Counted from the first letter of the stretch, positions 47,601 to 57,152 are shown. The stretch: 64,000 bases of DNA from Candidatus Omnitrophota bacterium (GCA_018817165.1 JAHITY010000099.1:391-64390), one strand, 5' to 3'. Translations and numbers: made by a program. The notes: generated by a model not told the origin, from the letters alone.

Positions 47601-48887
47601 AAGGGCTGGCGGATAGTTTTTGGTATGGAAGGGGTATATGACAAGACGAATCGATTGGTTATAGTGCCCATCGATGATCCTCAGAGCACTATGCAAATCA
47701 TGACAGCTCCCTCTGTGAATAATCCATTGATAATCACAGTTGATAATACTGTGGGTGATAATGAGCAAAACAATGAAGATTATATGCAAACGCTTGTTGC
47801 TGTTTCTGTAAACCGAGGAATTGCACTATATGACCTTAAAACAGGGAAATTAGAAAGGTCAATACCATATGATGATTATCCTACAGCAGGAGTGGTAGCT
47901 TTTAATGGTCAGCATGGGTCGATTCTTTTATCTGCTGGAGCAGGATATCATCCTGTGTATAAATATACAGATTATCCCGCTGAAATGTTTCTTATGGAGG
48001 TTAAGGGTTTAGATGGTTCGAAAGTGAAAGGTTGGGTCCAATGGGGTGAAGTCCGCGGTGAGGGGCAGACAGGATTGCCGCAAATTCTGCCATTTGATAA
48101 AAATGATGAAGATAGAGAAGATGATATAGATAATTCTGATGATGGGCAAGAAGATCTGGATGCCTCGGATGATAATATCGATAAAGATAAAGACCCGGAA
48201 GTAAAAAAACCTGGTTCACGACGTGGAGGACTTGGACGGAGTACGGATTGGTTGGGACGGATTGAAATCAAACCAATAGTATCTAATGAGGTTACGGAGC
48301 CAGAAAAGATAGAGGCAGAAGAGCTCAAGACAATGCCGGAAAAATTAAAAAATAATAAGGAGCGTGATTCTAATTCTAAGAAAGCAGCAGAATCCACTGT
48401 TATTTCAGATAAAAAATATCCGGTTGCGAGCAAAGTAAAACCAGAAGAGCAAAAAGTGGAATATGCGCTGAATATTTCTGAAAAAAAAGCCGACAAAGCT
48501 ATTGAACATACGCAAGATTTGTCAGGAATATTTAATTTATTAAGCGTGCTGTCTATTGCCTGGGTTGCAGTGTGTATTGGGGGAATAGGCACGGTTACAG
48601 TTCTTACTGGATTAATAGTTGCTCGTCTATGGGAACGGCTGAACAGGTCAAATAAACAAGCAGTTGAGGATACTGATACTGATGTTTCTTCGAAGTCTCC
48701 TAATAAAACGCAGGCTAAAAAAGCGATATTCATGGGATTTGCACAGCATAAGCAAGGAAAAAATGCTTCAAAACAGACAGTGAGCACTGATCCGGATCAA
48801 CATAAATATACCGTGATACCCCCTGCCCTCCAAGTTGAAAAAAGGGATATTCTATTTACTTCTTACGCGATGGAGCGTTCAATCTAA
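44655..48887 (+). CDS. Giant (1410-aa) cell-surface subtilisin-like (S8) serine protease with FG-GAP/beta-propeller-like repeats, an acidic low-complexity region and a C-terminal TM anchor
   Basis: Signal peptide; S8 catalytic triad regions GAGIMDSGVWD (Asp), NPHGTIVAGV (His), VSGTSFSAPY (Ser); D.D.DG repeats; C-terminal TM helix LSVLSIAWVAVCIGGIGTVTVLTGLIVARLW. Confidence 0.7.
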   Translation: MLRRILSLILIYSFVLLPVQPALSGIAHSSAQTIVVCQTLSPTLVLNEQNMRGLFLDASTWDLAALSESIELENDLIKENIKSRYFNGHQILSISKEIFDSAIKVSKLFFEYAFPKAKKTIRNSIFLITVFAQILMPIFSFAGIGTYMAASNMLVTFDSDSGEVKMMTLSGKTFINYILGKDGKKTPLMLTPGYDEDSILNQFTAPSEAGSAIVNMNDDPRAAADPFTDYYKLTYTNKDIDPAIAAAILNSEETGLRAEPNIMHEVNAINNYFDPNIKPYDLENWGLLALKIPSAWDILNQYDSNVFPPVGAGIMDSGVWDYNSNLQGMVINPEQSYFDPNSDNPHGTIVAGVLKEAAPYSSVKIINAGGLPGGSGTTESILMAIKDLIDLAIENGLDKRLIANCSFGSDGLMENSILDAWKRAAELTNIFIGPAAGNIGTYFDQNNWGHYWEGPLFHPVSSININGQASDFSNYSQWIPYASGEDILGIFPDGHTEYVSGTSFSAPYRNGIVADIIINQAMVHGFYSVPFDHEEIASIIWNTGDIKINTVDRRQMLVVNAEQALKVAYPGVALIENEDRNIVVYNGRPIIGTARVYGGWEHFSSYTLQIKNFAEDEWTTINYSETPVTNGVLGTLDENIAEGWYALRLTVKNTEGQEFVCEGNIGVNRSLVPGWPQEMPGWVYSNILAQLNDSPDKEMFMLMSGKNSIVKDSQGNDVAGWENASETERPYGLTLTADFSKKDGTEGSDGIDELIVNEFPATITVMNATGTVKWSENICKAEYSYCLVQDMIVVDFDADKKPELAITAYVVDNEKNLWNLVQVFELGNNGMKEIYQTKVPEARYGSTVFLFAVEAGNNKKNLGIGISGNDGQSRTDNKYETKLSLVDITLGKEIASRNFIDKVIYKTPVSVDSDGDNKSEIFILGLDAEPLDRNEPTVAEVYGLTSDLKDSLPGFPVRLAGVQTPPIALATEPAAGRTMGDDKGWRIVFGMEGVYDKTNRLVIVPIDDPQSTMQIMTAPSVNNPLIITVDNTVGDNEQNNEDYMQTLVAVSVNRGIALYDLKTGKLERSIPYDDYPTAGVVAFNGQHGSILLSAGAGYHPVYKYTDYPAEMFLMEVKGLDGSKVKGWVQWGEVRGEGQTGLPQILPFDKNDEDREDDIDNSDDGQEDLDASDDNIDKDKDPEVKKPGSRRGGLGRSTDWLGRIEIKPIVSNEVTEPEKIEAEELKTMPEKLKNNKERDSNSKKAAESTVISDKKYPVASKVKPEEQKVEYALNISEKKADKAIEHTQDLSGIFNLLSVLSIAWVAVCIGGIGTVTVLTGLIVARLWERLNRSNKQAVEDTDTDVSSKSPNKTQAKKAIFMGFAQHKQGKNASKQTVSTDPDQHKYTVIPPALQVEKRDILFTSYAMERSI

Positions 48888-49227
48888 TTGCTGTTAAAAA
48901 ATTGTGCCACCAAAGGTCATGAGTATATTAGTAGATATGCTCAGTGTAACTCATTTAATACGGGAGCAAAAATAATAAAATCACTACATGGTTAGTGGTT
49001 TTTTATTCTGTTTAGCAATTCGGTGAGAAGCAAAAGGGATTTTAAAGAAAAAAAGCGTTTTCTCCCTTATCGGATAAATGTACTTTTTTGCGCAAGGTAG
49101 AGGAACGGCGATTATTTTTATCCTGAGCTTAGAAAATAAAAATTAGCTTGAGATTAAAGTAATCCAGGAGTATATTAGCATAAGAAGAACAACTTTGGGA
49201 TTGAAAGAATTAGTTTCGAGATTCCCC

Positions 49228-49259
49228 GTCCCAAAACAGTGGGACACGCGAGGGTTGCC
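49228..49259 (+). repeat. Short REP-like hairpin GTCCC-aaaacagt-GGGAC followed by ACGCGAGGG, a miniature of the conserved hairpin in the 13.5 kb and 18.2 kb structured repeats
   Basis: Shares GTCCC..GGGACACG(A/C)..AGG with 13755-13790 and 18382-18417. Confidence 0.45.
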
Positions 49260-49305
49260 CCTAAAAATTTAAAGGACCATCTTTTTCAATTTCAGAAAGA
49301 CATTT

Positions 49306-49788
49306 ATGAGTGTAATAGAGAAGGCTTTTGCAGTTCTGCAAAGAATAGAATTTGTCGCAATGGCTACTTCTGGTAAAAATGGAAAGCCAAATTCCTCTTC
49401 TAAATTATTATTAAAGATAGAGGGCAGCACGGTGTATTTTATAGATTATAGTATCGGCAGAACCGCCGAAAATCTACAAGTTAATCCGGAAGTTTCTTTA
49501 TCTTTTATTGATATTAATTCTCTGCTTGGTTTTAGATTGAACGGTAAGGTGAAAATTATTGGAAAAGGTAAGACCTTTGATGAATGCCGGAAAGATTTGC
49601 AGAAAAAAGAAATAAAGCTTTCCGCGGAGCGGATTATTAGAGGCATACACGAGGGTAAGTCGTATAAAGAATTTGAATTGGCAATTCCTGAACGCTTCTT
49701 GGTGTATAAGGTCAAGGTCGAAGAAGGTTGTGAAATAAGCCCTCGCGGTGAAATAAAACGTGAAGACAGTTCTGTCATCCATGGCTAA
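49306..49788 (+). CDS. Pyridoxamine 5'-phosphate oxidase-like FMN-binding split-barrel protein
   Basis: EFVAMATSGKNGKPNSSSKLL..GSTVYFIDYSIGRTAENLQVNPEVSLSF pattern typical of the PNPOx-like family. Confidence 0.5.
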   Translation: MSVIEKAFAVLQRIEFVAMATSGKNGKPNSSSKLLLKIEGSTVYFIDYSIGRTAENLQVNPEVSLSFIDINSLLGFRLNGKVKIIGKGKTFDECRKDLQKKEIKLSAERIIRGIHEGKSYKEFELAIPERFLVYKVKVEEGCEISPRGEIKREDSSVIHG

Positions 49789-49834
49789 TTCTCGGCATAG
49801 TTTTCATTCAATGGTCATGGATTAAACTCATTCA

Positions 49835-49914
49835 AAAAGTTGCGAAACTCGTCTAATAGGGGGAGTCACTAAAATAAAAAAGGAGTCGATTATGGCTCCT
49901 TTTTTATTTTATAA
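49835..49914 (+). repeat. Roughly 79-bp repeat, copy 2 (direct repeat of 44384-44462)
   Basis: AAAGTTGCGAAACTCGTCTAATAGGGGGAGTCACTAAAATAAAAAAGGAGTCGATTATGGCTCCTTTTTTATTTTATAA. Confidence 0.75.
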
Positions 49915-50086
49915 CACCTCCTGAAGCCTTTGGTGAAGATAGGGTTTTTCTCTATGGAGTGAATGCCAGAGCGGGGGAGACAATTATTTTAACCACTTGT
50001 AAATAAATAAGTTGCTAGGGGTTATTTTTTTAAAGCTTTTAAGCATAATTATTGATAATATGGTATGTTTATAGTAGAGGATAATT

Positions 50087-50785
50087 ATGAAAAAAAATGT
50101 TGTTTTATCAGTATTGTGCTTACTAATTTTATCATTCGCATATGTCTTTGGGGTAAAAAGTGGAACTTGTTTGCTGGCTAATCCTGTAAACAAGTTTGTT
50201 TATACGATTAGCCCCTTGGGAGTAGCTGATTTTAGTGATTTAGGAATAGTTAAGTTATGCGGGCAGGATGTAAGATTGCATACTTTGAAAACGCGAATAT
50301 TTGGGTTTGAGGATACTGAAATAATTTATAGCGACCTAAAGACATTCTTGCCGATTCGCATAGAACGTGATGTCGCCCGGTGGTTGGGAAAAGAGCGTAT
50401 AGTAGAGGAATATGATCAGGAAAATTTCACGCTTACTACCAAGAAGTTTAGAGGCTGTAGACAAATACAGGAATCTGTAATTGAAAATGATGGCCCGATC
50501 AATAATGCGATTCTGGCGCTATATGATTTACGTACATTTCCTGAACTGGAAATAGGGCAAAGTTTTAAGGCAAATCTTCCTACTGAATTTGAGATAAAAT
50601 TGGAGTCAATAGATCAGCTAAAGATCAGCAAAGATATATTTGAGACCTATCATTTTATAAGTGTCCCTGATAAATTTGAAACTTGGATCAGTAAGGATAA
50701 ACGCAGAATGCCTCTAAAAATAAAATTGCGTATTGGTGTGGGATATACTTTGGTATTAAAAGAGTATTTTGAGGATTCAGATTGA
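50087..50785 (+). CDS. Hypothetical secreted protein
   Basis: Signal peptide MKKNVVLSVLCLLILSFAYVFG; no catalytic motif recognised. Confidence 0.35.
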   Translation: MKKNVVLSVLCLLILSFAYVFGVKSGTCLLANPVNKFVYTISPLGVADFSDLGIVKLCGQDVRLHTLKTRIFGFEDTEIIYSDLKTFLPIRIERDVARWLGKERIVEEYDQENFTLTTKKFRGCRQIQESVIENDGPINNAILALYDLRTFPELEIGQSFKANLPTEFEIKLESIDQLKISKDIFETYHFISVPDKFETWISKDKRRMPLKIKLRIGVGYTLVLKEYFEDSD

Positions 50786-50960
50786 GACAACTAGTCGCGA
50801 AACTTGTCCGATATTGGCAGTTCAATATTTCAATTATCTATGAATTAATGATTAATGGTGCATTTCCTTGTGAAGTGTTATAATATAAAAATAGAGTAAA
50901 CGTCACGGAGGGGCTACGTGGCGTTTTTAGTTTTATCTGATTAGTTTTTGAGAAATATTC

Positions 50961-52124
50961 TTGCTGGCAATAAAAAGATTGGTGTTTAATGAAATTATTA
51001 TGTTAGAAAAACTTGATTTTGATTATTCAATACCTAAAACGCTTATTGTTAAATTGGAAGGAGATTGGCAGATTTCTGCCGGGCTTCTTCCGATAACGGA
51101 AATTACCGCACAGCTCACCAGTCATCCTGATATCAGACAAATCAATCTTAATGTTTCCGAAGAGTTGCAGTGGGACAGCGGACTTATTGCTTTTTTATTT
51201 AAGTTAATCAGGGAGTGCGAGCAAAAAAAAATTCAGGTTGATCACAAAAATTTACCGCCGGGAGCGCAGAAGCTACTCGAGATTGCTTTAAAAGTACATG
51301 AAAAAAATATTTTACCTCAACAGCCGCGCGAGTCGTTTTTTGAAAAAACCGGAGACAAGGTTTTGCAAATTTATCAAAGCCTGTGCTTAATACTCAATTT
51401 TCTGGGGGATATTACGGTTTCTTTTTCCAGGACAATTAAAGGCAAGGTATATTTTCGCTGGGATGATTTTATGCTTATTGTCAAGAGATGCGGAGTAGAT
51501 ACATTATTGCTTGTTTGTTTAATAAATTTATTAGTCGGCATGATTCTGGCCTTTGTCGGGTCAATACAGCTTAAAATTTTCGGGGCGCAAATTTATATTG
51601 CGGATATAGTTGGGATCGCAATGGTGCGCGTATTGGCAGCAGTGATGACCGGGATCATTGTGTCCGGACGTATTGGGGCGTCTTTCGCGGCAGAACTGGG
51701 GATGATGGAATCAAGCGAGGAAATCGACGCGCTTAAAACATTAGGGGTTTCGCCAGTTGAATTTTTAGTTATTCCGCGTGTCATAGCACTAGTAATTATG
51801 ATGCCGATTTTAACAATATACGCGGATCTTATGGGTATATTAGGCGGTTTTATTATCAGTGTGGGCATGCTGGGGCTTAATCCGATTGAATATTTAAATC
51901 ATACTCAAGTAGCCGTACAGCTTAGTTTTGTCTGGATAGGGCTTATTCATAGTATTGTTTTTGGCGTGATTATTGCTGTGTCGGGGTGTTTGAGGGGGAT
52001 TAATTGCCAAAGAAACGCGGCCGGTGTGGGAATGGCCACTACCTCGGCAGTAGTCACCGGGATAACCGGGATTGTAATCGCCACGGCAATCATTACTTTT
52101 ATTTGTCAGATTTTAGGGGTATAA
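50961..52124 (+). CDS. mlaE: MlaE-family ABC permease with an N-terminal STAS (MlaB-like) domain
   Basis: C-terminal LGVSPVEFLVIPRVIALVIMMPILTIYADLMGILGG (MlaE signature); N-terminal ~120 aa STAS-like (IVKLEGDW...LNVSEELQWDSGLIAFLF). Confidence 0.7.
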   Translation: MLAIKRLVFNEIIMLEKLDFDYSIPKTLIVKLEGDWQISAGLLPITEITAQLTSHPDIRQINLNVSEELQWDSGLIAFLFKLIRECEQKKIQVDHKNLPPGAQKLLEIALKVHEKNILPQQPRESFFEKTGDKVLQIYQSLCLILNFLGDITVSFSRTIKGKVYFRWDDFMLIVKRCGVDTLLLVCLINLLVGMILAFVGSIQLKIFGAQIYIADIVGIAMVRVLAAVMTGIIVSGRIGASFAAELGMMESSEEIDALKTLGVSPVEFLVIPRVIALVIMMPILTIYADLMGILGGFIISVGMLGLNPIEYLNHTQVAVQLSFVWIGLIHSIVFGVIIAVSGCLRGINCQRNAAGVGMATTSAVVTGITGIVIATAIITFICQILGV

Positions 52125-52127
52125 ACC

Positions 52128-52901
52128 ATGGATTCAAAAGTGCTGCCGATTATTGAAGTGAAAGATCTTGATATCGGGTATAATAATATTCCGGTTATGC
52201 GTAATCTTAACTTTAGCGTGAATAAAGGCGATATTTTTATTTTTATGGGGGTAAGCGGCTGCGGAAAAAGCACTTTGCTTAAGAGTCTGATTGGGCTTAA
52301 GCAGCCGGATAAAGGCAAGGTTTTATATTCTGGAAAAAGTTTTTGGGATGAAGATGAGCCAGGGCAAAAAAATATTATGCGGCGTTTTGGGGTTCTTTAT
52401 CAAAGCGGAGCTTTATGGAGTTCTTTGACTGTGGGCGAAAATGTGGCGCTTCCTTTGCAGCTGTATACTAAGTTATCTGTGCAGCAGATACAGGAAATAG
52501 TATCGTTAAAACTTTCTCTGGTAGGCATGGAAGAATACGCGGACTCTTTACCTTCGGGAATAAGCGGAGGAATGCGTAAAAGAGCCGCCCTGGCGCGGGC
52601 AATCGCGCTGGATCCGGATATTATTTTTTTTGATGAGCCTTCAGCCGGTCTTGACCCGATAAACGCGCGAAAACTTGATGATTTGATCCTTGACCTAAGA
52701 GATAGTTTGGGCGCTACGATAGTTATTGTTACTCACGAACTCGCCAGTATCTTTGCTATCGGAAATAACTCCGTGTTTCTTGACGCGGAAACTAAAACCA
52801 TGATCGCCACAGGCTCGCCGAAGGATTTATTGGCTAATTCCCAGGATGAAAAAGTTATTCAGTTTTTAACCAGAGCTAAAAAGCAGGAGCTTAAACAATG
52901 A
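52128..52901 (+). CDS. mlaF: MlaF-like ABC transporter ATP-binding protein
   Basis: Walker A GVSGCGKST, signature PSGISGGMRKR, Walker B IIFFDEPSAGLD. Confidence 0.8.
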   Translation: MDSKVLPIIEVKDLDIGYNNIPVMRNLNFSVNKGDIFIFMGVSGCGKSTLLKSLIGLKQPDKGKVLYSGKSFWDEDEPGQKNIMRRFGVLYQSGALWSSLTVGENVALPLQLYTKLSVQQIQEIVSLKLSLVGMEEYADSLPSGISGGMRKRAALARAIALDPDIIFFDEPSAGLDPINARKLDDLILDLRDSLGATIVIVTHELASIFAIGNNSVFLDAETKTMIATGSPKDLLANSQDEKVIQFLTRAKKQELKQ

Positions 52902-53593
52902 GTAAAAAAGCGAACAAAACCATTATTGGAGTGTTTACGGCAGGGGCACTAATATTATTGATAATCGGAATAGTGGTTTTTGGTTCGGGAATGCTTTTTA
53001 AAAAAACTAATGAATTTGTTTTGTATTTTGATGGTTCGGTTAAAGGACTTTCCGTAGGAGCTCCGGTTATGTTTCGGGGAGTCAGCATTGGCACAGTTAA
53101 AGACATTAGCTTGATTTATGATTCAAAAGCGGGAACGATTATGCTGCCGGTAATTATCGAAATTGAACAAGGCCGGATTGAAGGTACTCCGAGTTTTGGG
53201 GAAGCGGGAGCGGATAAGAAGTTGATCGAATTAGGCTTAAGAGCAAAGCTTGAAGTTCGGAGTTTTTTAACCGGAGAGCTGATGATCGCCTTTGATTTAT
53301 ACCCGGATAGCCCTGCTCAGCTGCGCAATATTCAGAAAGCTTATCCGGAATTGCCTACACTTTCTACTTCGCCGGATATTTTTGCGATTATGGAGCAGCT
53401 TCCTATTAAAGAAATCGCCAACAATGTAAAGACTGCCACCCAAGGAATCGATCGATTGGTAAATTCAAGCGACTTGCAAAATATGTTTACGGAGATAAAA
53501 CAGGCAATGCTATCATTTCGTTTGCTTAATGAATATCTTGAACAACATCCGGAAGCGTTTTTAAAAGGTAAATCCGCTGATTCCCAACGTTGA
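52898..53593 (+). CDS. mlaD: MlaD-like MCE-domain periplasmic substrate-binding protein
   Basis: N-terminal TM then MCE core VLYFDGSVKGLSVGAPVMFRGVSIGTVKDI. Confidence 0.75.
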   Translation: MSKKANKTIIGVFTAGALILLIIGIVVFGSGMLFKKTNEFVLYFDGSVKGLSVGAPVMFRGVSIGTVKDISLIYDSKAGTIMLPVIIEIEQGRIEGTPSFGEAGADKKLIELGLRAKLEVRSFLTGELMIAFDLYPDSPAQLRNIQKAYPELPTLSTSPDIFAIMEQLPIKEIANNVKTATQGIDRLVNSSDLQNMFTEIKQAMLSFRLLNEYLEQHPEAFLKGKSADSQR

Positions 53594-53632
53594 TCAGCGA
53601 CTGATGCTTATTAGAGTGTTGTTATAGTTGAC

Positions 53633-54358
53633 TTGACACCCAGCCTAATGGGAGTGGCTGGTGTTGTGTCTCTACACAAGGAGAAAAAGATGAAACAGAA
53701 AAAAAATAATGGTTTGATAAATTTACTGCGAGATTATTGCCGGTTTATATGCATTGCCTGCTTTTGTCTGGTTTTAAATGGTTGTGCCTTGGTACCTACT
53801 ACTCCAAGCCCCAGGTTTTATGTGCTTGGGGCAGTTTCGGAAAATTTGGTCAGCAAAAAAATAAATATTTCTTCAGATGCCTTGATTGGCGTGGGGCCAA
53901 TTAAAATTCCGGGATATCAGAACAGGCCGCAAATTGTAACCCAAGACAAAGAAAAAATGATTAAATTCGCTCAATTTGATCGTTGGGGAGAATCGCTGGA
54001 AATTGGCCTGCAGCGCATAATAGGAGAGGATCTATTGGTCATGATTCCTGGGGTAAAATTCGTTTTGTATCCCTGGAATCAATCGATTGAGGTTAAATAT
54101 CAGGTAGTTTTAGAAATTATTCAGCTTGATAGCGAGCTGGATAAAGACATGTTCCTTGTCGCGCAATGGATGGTTATTGATCCTAAAGATTCAAAAACGA
54201 TTATGATCAAAAGATCAGAATTCCGGCATCCGGTCATTCCGCAAAACTATTCTGGTTTAGCCAAAACACTGAGTATTGCCTGCGCTTCATTAAGCAGCGA
54301 GATTGCTGTTGAATTGGAAGCAATCTTAAAAGCAAAAAGGATGCTAAAGATTGAATAG
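53633..54358 (+). CDS. ABC-type transport auxiliary lipoprotein (PqiC/YmbA-like, DUF330), likely starting at the internal Met near 53690
   Basis: Lipobox LVLNGC; conserved position after mlaD in mce operons. Confidence 0.5.
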   Translation: MTPSLMGVAGVVSLHKEKKMKQKKNNGLINLLRDYCRFICIACFCLVLNGCALVPTTPSPRFYVLGAVSENLVSKKINISSDALIGVGPIKIPGYQNRPQIVTQDKEKMIKFAQFDRWGESLEIGLQRIIGEDLLVMIPGVKFVLYPWNQSIEVKYQVVLEIIQLDSELDKDMFLVAQWMVIDPKDSKTIMIKRSEFRHPVIPQNYSGLAKTLSIACASLSSEIAVELEAILKAKRMLKIE

Positions 54359-54773
54359 TAAAAGCAGTATATGCAGAGACATAATAGTTTATTAAATTTA
54401 GTTGGGCTAGGGGTGTAGTATTAGCTGCAATTAATTCAGCAGCACAGATTGTATAGAGAATATCGTATTGTTTATCAAATATAAAAAGACAATAAATCGG
54501 GTTTTTATATTTTTTAACTTATTCCAAAATTAAACAATTGCAAAACTCGGATAGTATAGGGAGTAAATTAACAATCAAAACTTTTTATGCTTAGTTGTTG
54601 TAATATGATGTGGTATAATATATTTCAAGTGGACGATTGAAACAGTTTAGATATTAGAGGCAATTGATGTGGTGAGTTAGAATTAGTCTCCTAATGCCTG
54701 ATCTGGCCCTGTTAAGTAATTAAGTCTTGTGTCGATTTATATTCCGGATTAATATTCAACTGTATACACTCTA

Positions 54774-56762
54774 TTGGAATTTCTCATGAAAAAGCTAATA
54801 AAAGTTTTTCTTTTCCTGCTTATTGCGACAGCGATATTAGTATTATTTTATTTAAAGATTAATCCTAAACGTTTAAGTAAGGTAAACGTTTTATTTATTG
54901 TTTTAGATGCTGCTCGTGCCGATCATTTTTCCTGTTATGGGTATGAAAAAAACACTACCCCAAACATAGATGCAATCGCTAGCAAAGGGGCGATGTTCTT
55001 AAATAATTTCACCCAAGCAACCTATACACAGAGGTCAGTGCCCCAAATCTTCTTTTCACGTTATTATTCAAAACCAGTATTTGTTGACCATTCGGGTCGT
55101 TATCTTAAAACTAATTTTCAAGTGGAAGCCCCCTGGACAATCTTTAACAGTTATGATGATGAGCAGATTATTTTGCCTGAGGTATTGTCCTTAAATGGTT
55201 ATAGGACAGTTTTATTTACGGAGCATCCGCTCTTAGCATCACCCAGCGATTACTTTGGCCGAAAATTTGATGAAGTTTATTATAATTCTTGTTATGAATC
55301 TTATAGTCTCGATAATACTTCTTTAGAAAAGTTCGATGATCTGAAACCGGTATCAGGAGTAATCTCTTGGCTTGAGAAAAATAAAGAAAAAAGTTTTTTT
55401 ATTTATTGCCATATTATGCTGCCGCATATCCCTTATAGAGTTAAAAAAGAAGATTCAGAATTTTTAAAGAGTGACATGTCTGCTGCTGTGGAGTTAGTGA
55501 GAGAGAAGGCCAATGTCAAACAGTACGGTTCCCTGGAAAATTGGAGCGAGGAAGATATTAGAATTCTTAAGGAATTATACGATAGCAATCTACAATACGC
55601 GGATAAATGGATTGGAATACTTTATAGTGAATTTAAAAAGTTAGACCTTGAAAAAAATACTTTGGTAATTATTACCTCGGACCATGGGGAGAATCTTGGC
55701 GATCATGATAGCGGCAAGCATGGTCTATTTCATGGAGGCCCTCCGTGGGATTCGGTGACTCATGTGCCTTTAATTATGAGCTTTCCTCCGCTTATCCCTG
55801 CTGGAATTAGAATAAAAGCTTTAACCGAATCGGTGGGCATTATGCCTTCGATTATCGATATTTGCAAGCTTAAATTTCCCAAAAATAAATCGATGGATGG
55901 AACAAGTCTGATGAAATTTATTAAATATCCTTTTCTTCAAGGCAAGCGTTATATATTCTCTCGGAATTTTATCCGTTCAAATGAATATAAATGCATTTTA
56001 AAATTAGATGATTATAAGTATCTGACTGAAGATGTTCTGATTGATCTTAAGAATGACCCTAAGGAAAAACAAGATATTTCAAATGAAAATTATGAAGTAA
56101 AAGAAAAGTTAAGAAAAATTTTTGAACAAAAAATGCGTCCATATCAATTGCGCCAGGACAAACAAAAAAGAAATACTGTAATAGATTATCCGTTTTGTTA
56201 TCTCATGTCGAGTTTTAAAATATCGCCAAAGGACAGCATTGGAATATTGGATGAACCAAAGTTTTCTTCTTTTTTGGATAAAAAAGATCAGATAAACAAG
56301 CCGTGTATTTTAAATACTTATCTTTTTGATCAATACTTTGCCTATTTACCTGAAAAAGGCCGCTTGCCGCAGCTGACTCTATCCGCGAAAGTACCGAATG
56401 GGACCTATCAGGTGAGTATATTAATAAGAATGTTTGGCAATTCCTATACAAAAAATCAGCTTGGATTAAAGTATCGATTTGATGGAAATAAACCATTTAC
56501 TTTGCCTGCCCAGTTGAACCAGGCTGAGGAGTACGATTCAGTTCACCCATATTATTATCTGGAATTGGGCAAAACTCAGGTTGACAAAGAAAAATTTTCA
56601 GTTGAAATCGAGTTTAATCCACCAGACAAAAAAATTTATGCCATATATCATATAAAATTCACCCCCAATGAAAGCCAGGAAAAGAATGTGATTCAAAAGC
56701 TTGATGACGCTGAGCAGGCAAAAAGGCTTGAGAGCTTAAAGGCTCTTGGTTATGCGCAATAA
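54774..56762 (+). CDS. Sulfatase / alkaline-phosphatase-superfamily protein (membrane-anchored; no C/S-x-P-x-R formylglycine motif seen)
   Basis: VLFIVLDAARADHFSCYGYEKNTTPNIDAIASKGAMFLNNF N-terminal sulfatase signature; N-terminal TM. Confidence 0.7.
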   Translation: MEFLMKKLIKVFLFLLIATAILVLFYLKINPKRLSKVNVLFIVLDAARADHFSCYGYEKNTTPNIDAIASKGAMFLNNFTQATYTQRSVPQIFFSRYYSKPVFVDHSGRYLKTNFQVEAPWTIFNSYDDEQIILPEVLSLNGYRTVLFTEHPLLASPSDYFGRKFDEVYYNSCYESYSLDNTSLEKFDDLKPVSGVISWLEKNKEKSFFIYCHIMLPHIPYRVKKEDSEFLKSDMSAAVELVREKANVKQYGSLENWSEEDIRILKELYDSNLQYADKWIGILYSEFKKLDLEKNTLVIITSDHGENLGDHDSGKHGLFHGGPPWDSVTHVPLIMSFPPLIPAGIRIKALTESVGIMPSIIDICKLKFPKNKSMDGTSLMKFIKYPFLQGKRYIFSRNFIRSNEYKCILKLDDYKYLTEDVLIDLKNDPKEKQDISNENYEVKEKLRKIFEQKMRPYQLRQDKQKRNTVIDYPFCYLMSSFKISPKDSIGILDEPKFSSFLDKKDQINKPCILNTYLFDQYFAYLPEKGRLPQLTLSAKVPNGTYQVSILIRMFGNSYTKNQLGLKYRFDGNKPFTLPAQLNQAEEYDSVHPYYYLELGKTQVDKEKFSVEIEFNPPDKKIYAIYHIKFTPNESQEKNVIQKLDDAEQAKRLESLKALGYAQ

Positions 56763-56804
56763 ACAAAGGGTTTAGAGCATACTGAAATTGTCAAAAATTC
56801 TTGA

Positions 56805-56996
<192 letters not shown>

Positions 56997-57152
56997 TAAT
57001 TTGCCTGGTAAGATAGGTGAGCTTTGAGAGATTTTAGTTTAGATAGTATAGAAAACTCATTAATTTGCAATAGTAAGGTGAAGATGGTATAGTTTACTAA
57101 CTAAAAAAACACAATTTTTAAGTATTGAGGTCTATAATCTGCGAGAATCCAT

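Noticed and set aside
47972-48787. 271-aa minus-strand ORF (and several 60-130 aa antisense ORFs, e.g. 28722-29081, 46062-46460, 41667-42044) inside well-supported plus-strand genes
   Set aside because: They lie entirely antisense to genes with strong motif support (S8 protease, FrdA-like flavoprotein, Hcp). They arise in low-complexity or compositionally biased stretches, lack ribosome-binding sites, and their amino-acid composition is Ser/Leu-rich and atypical of proteins.
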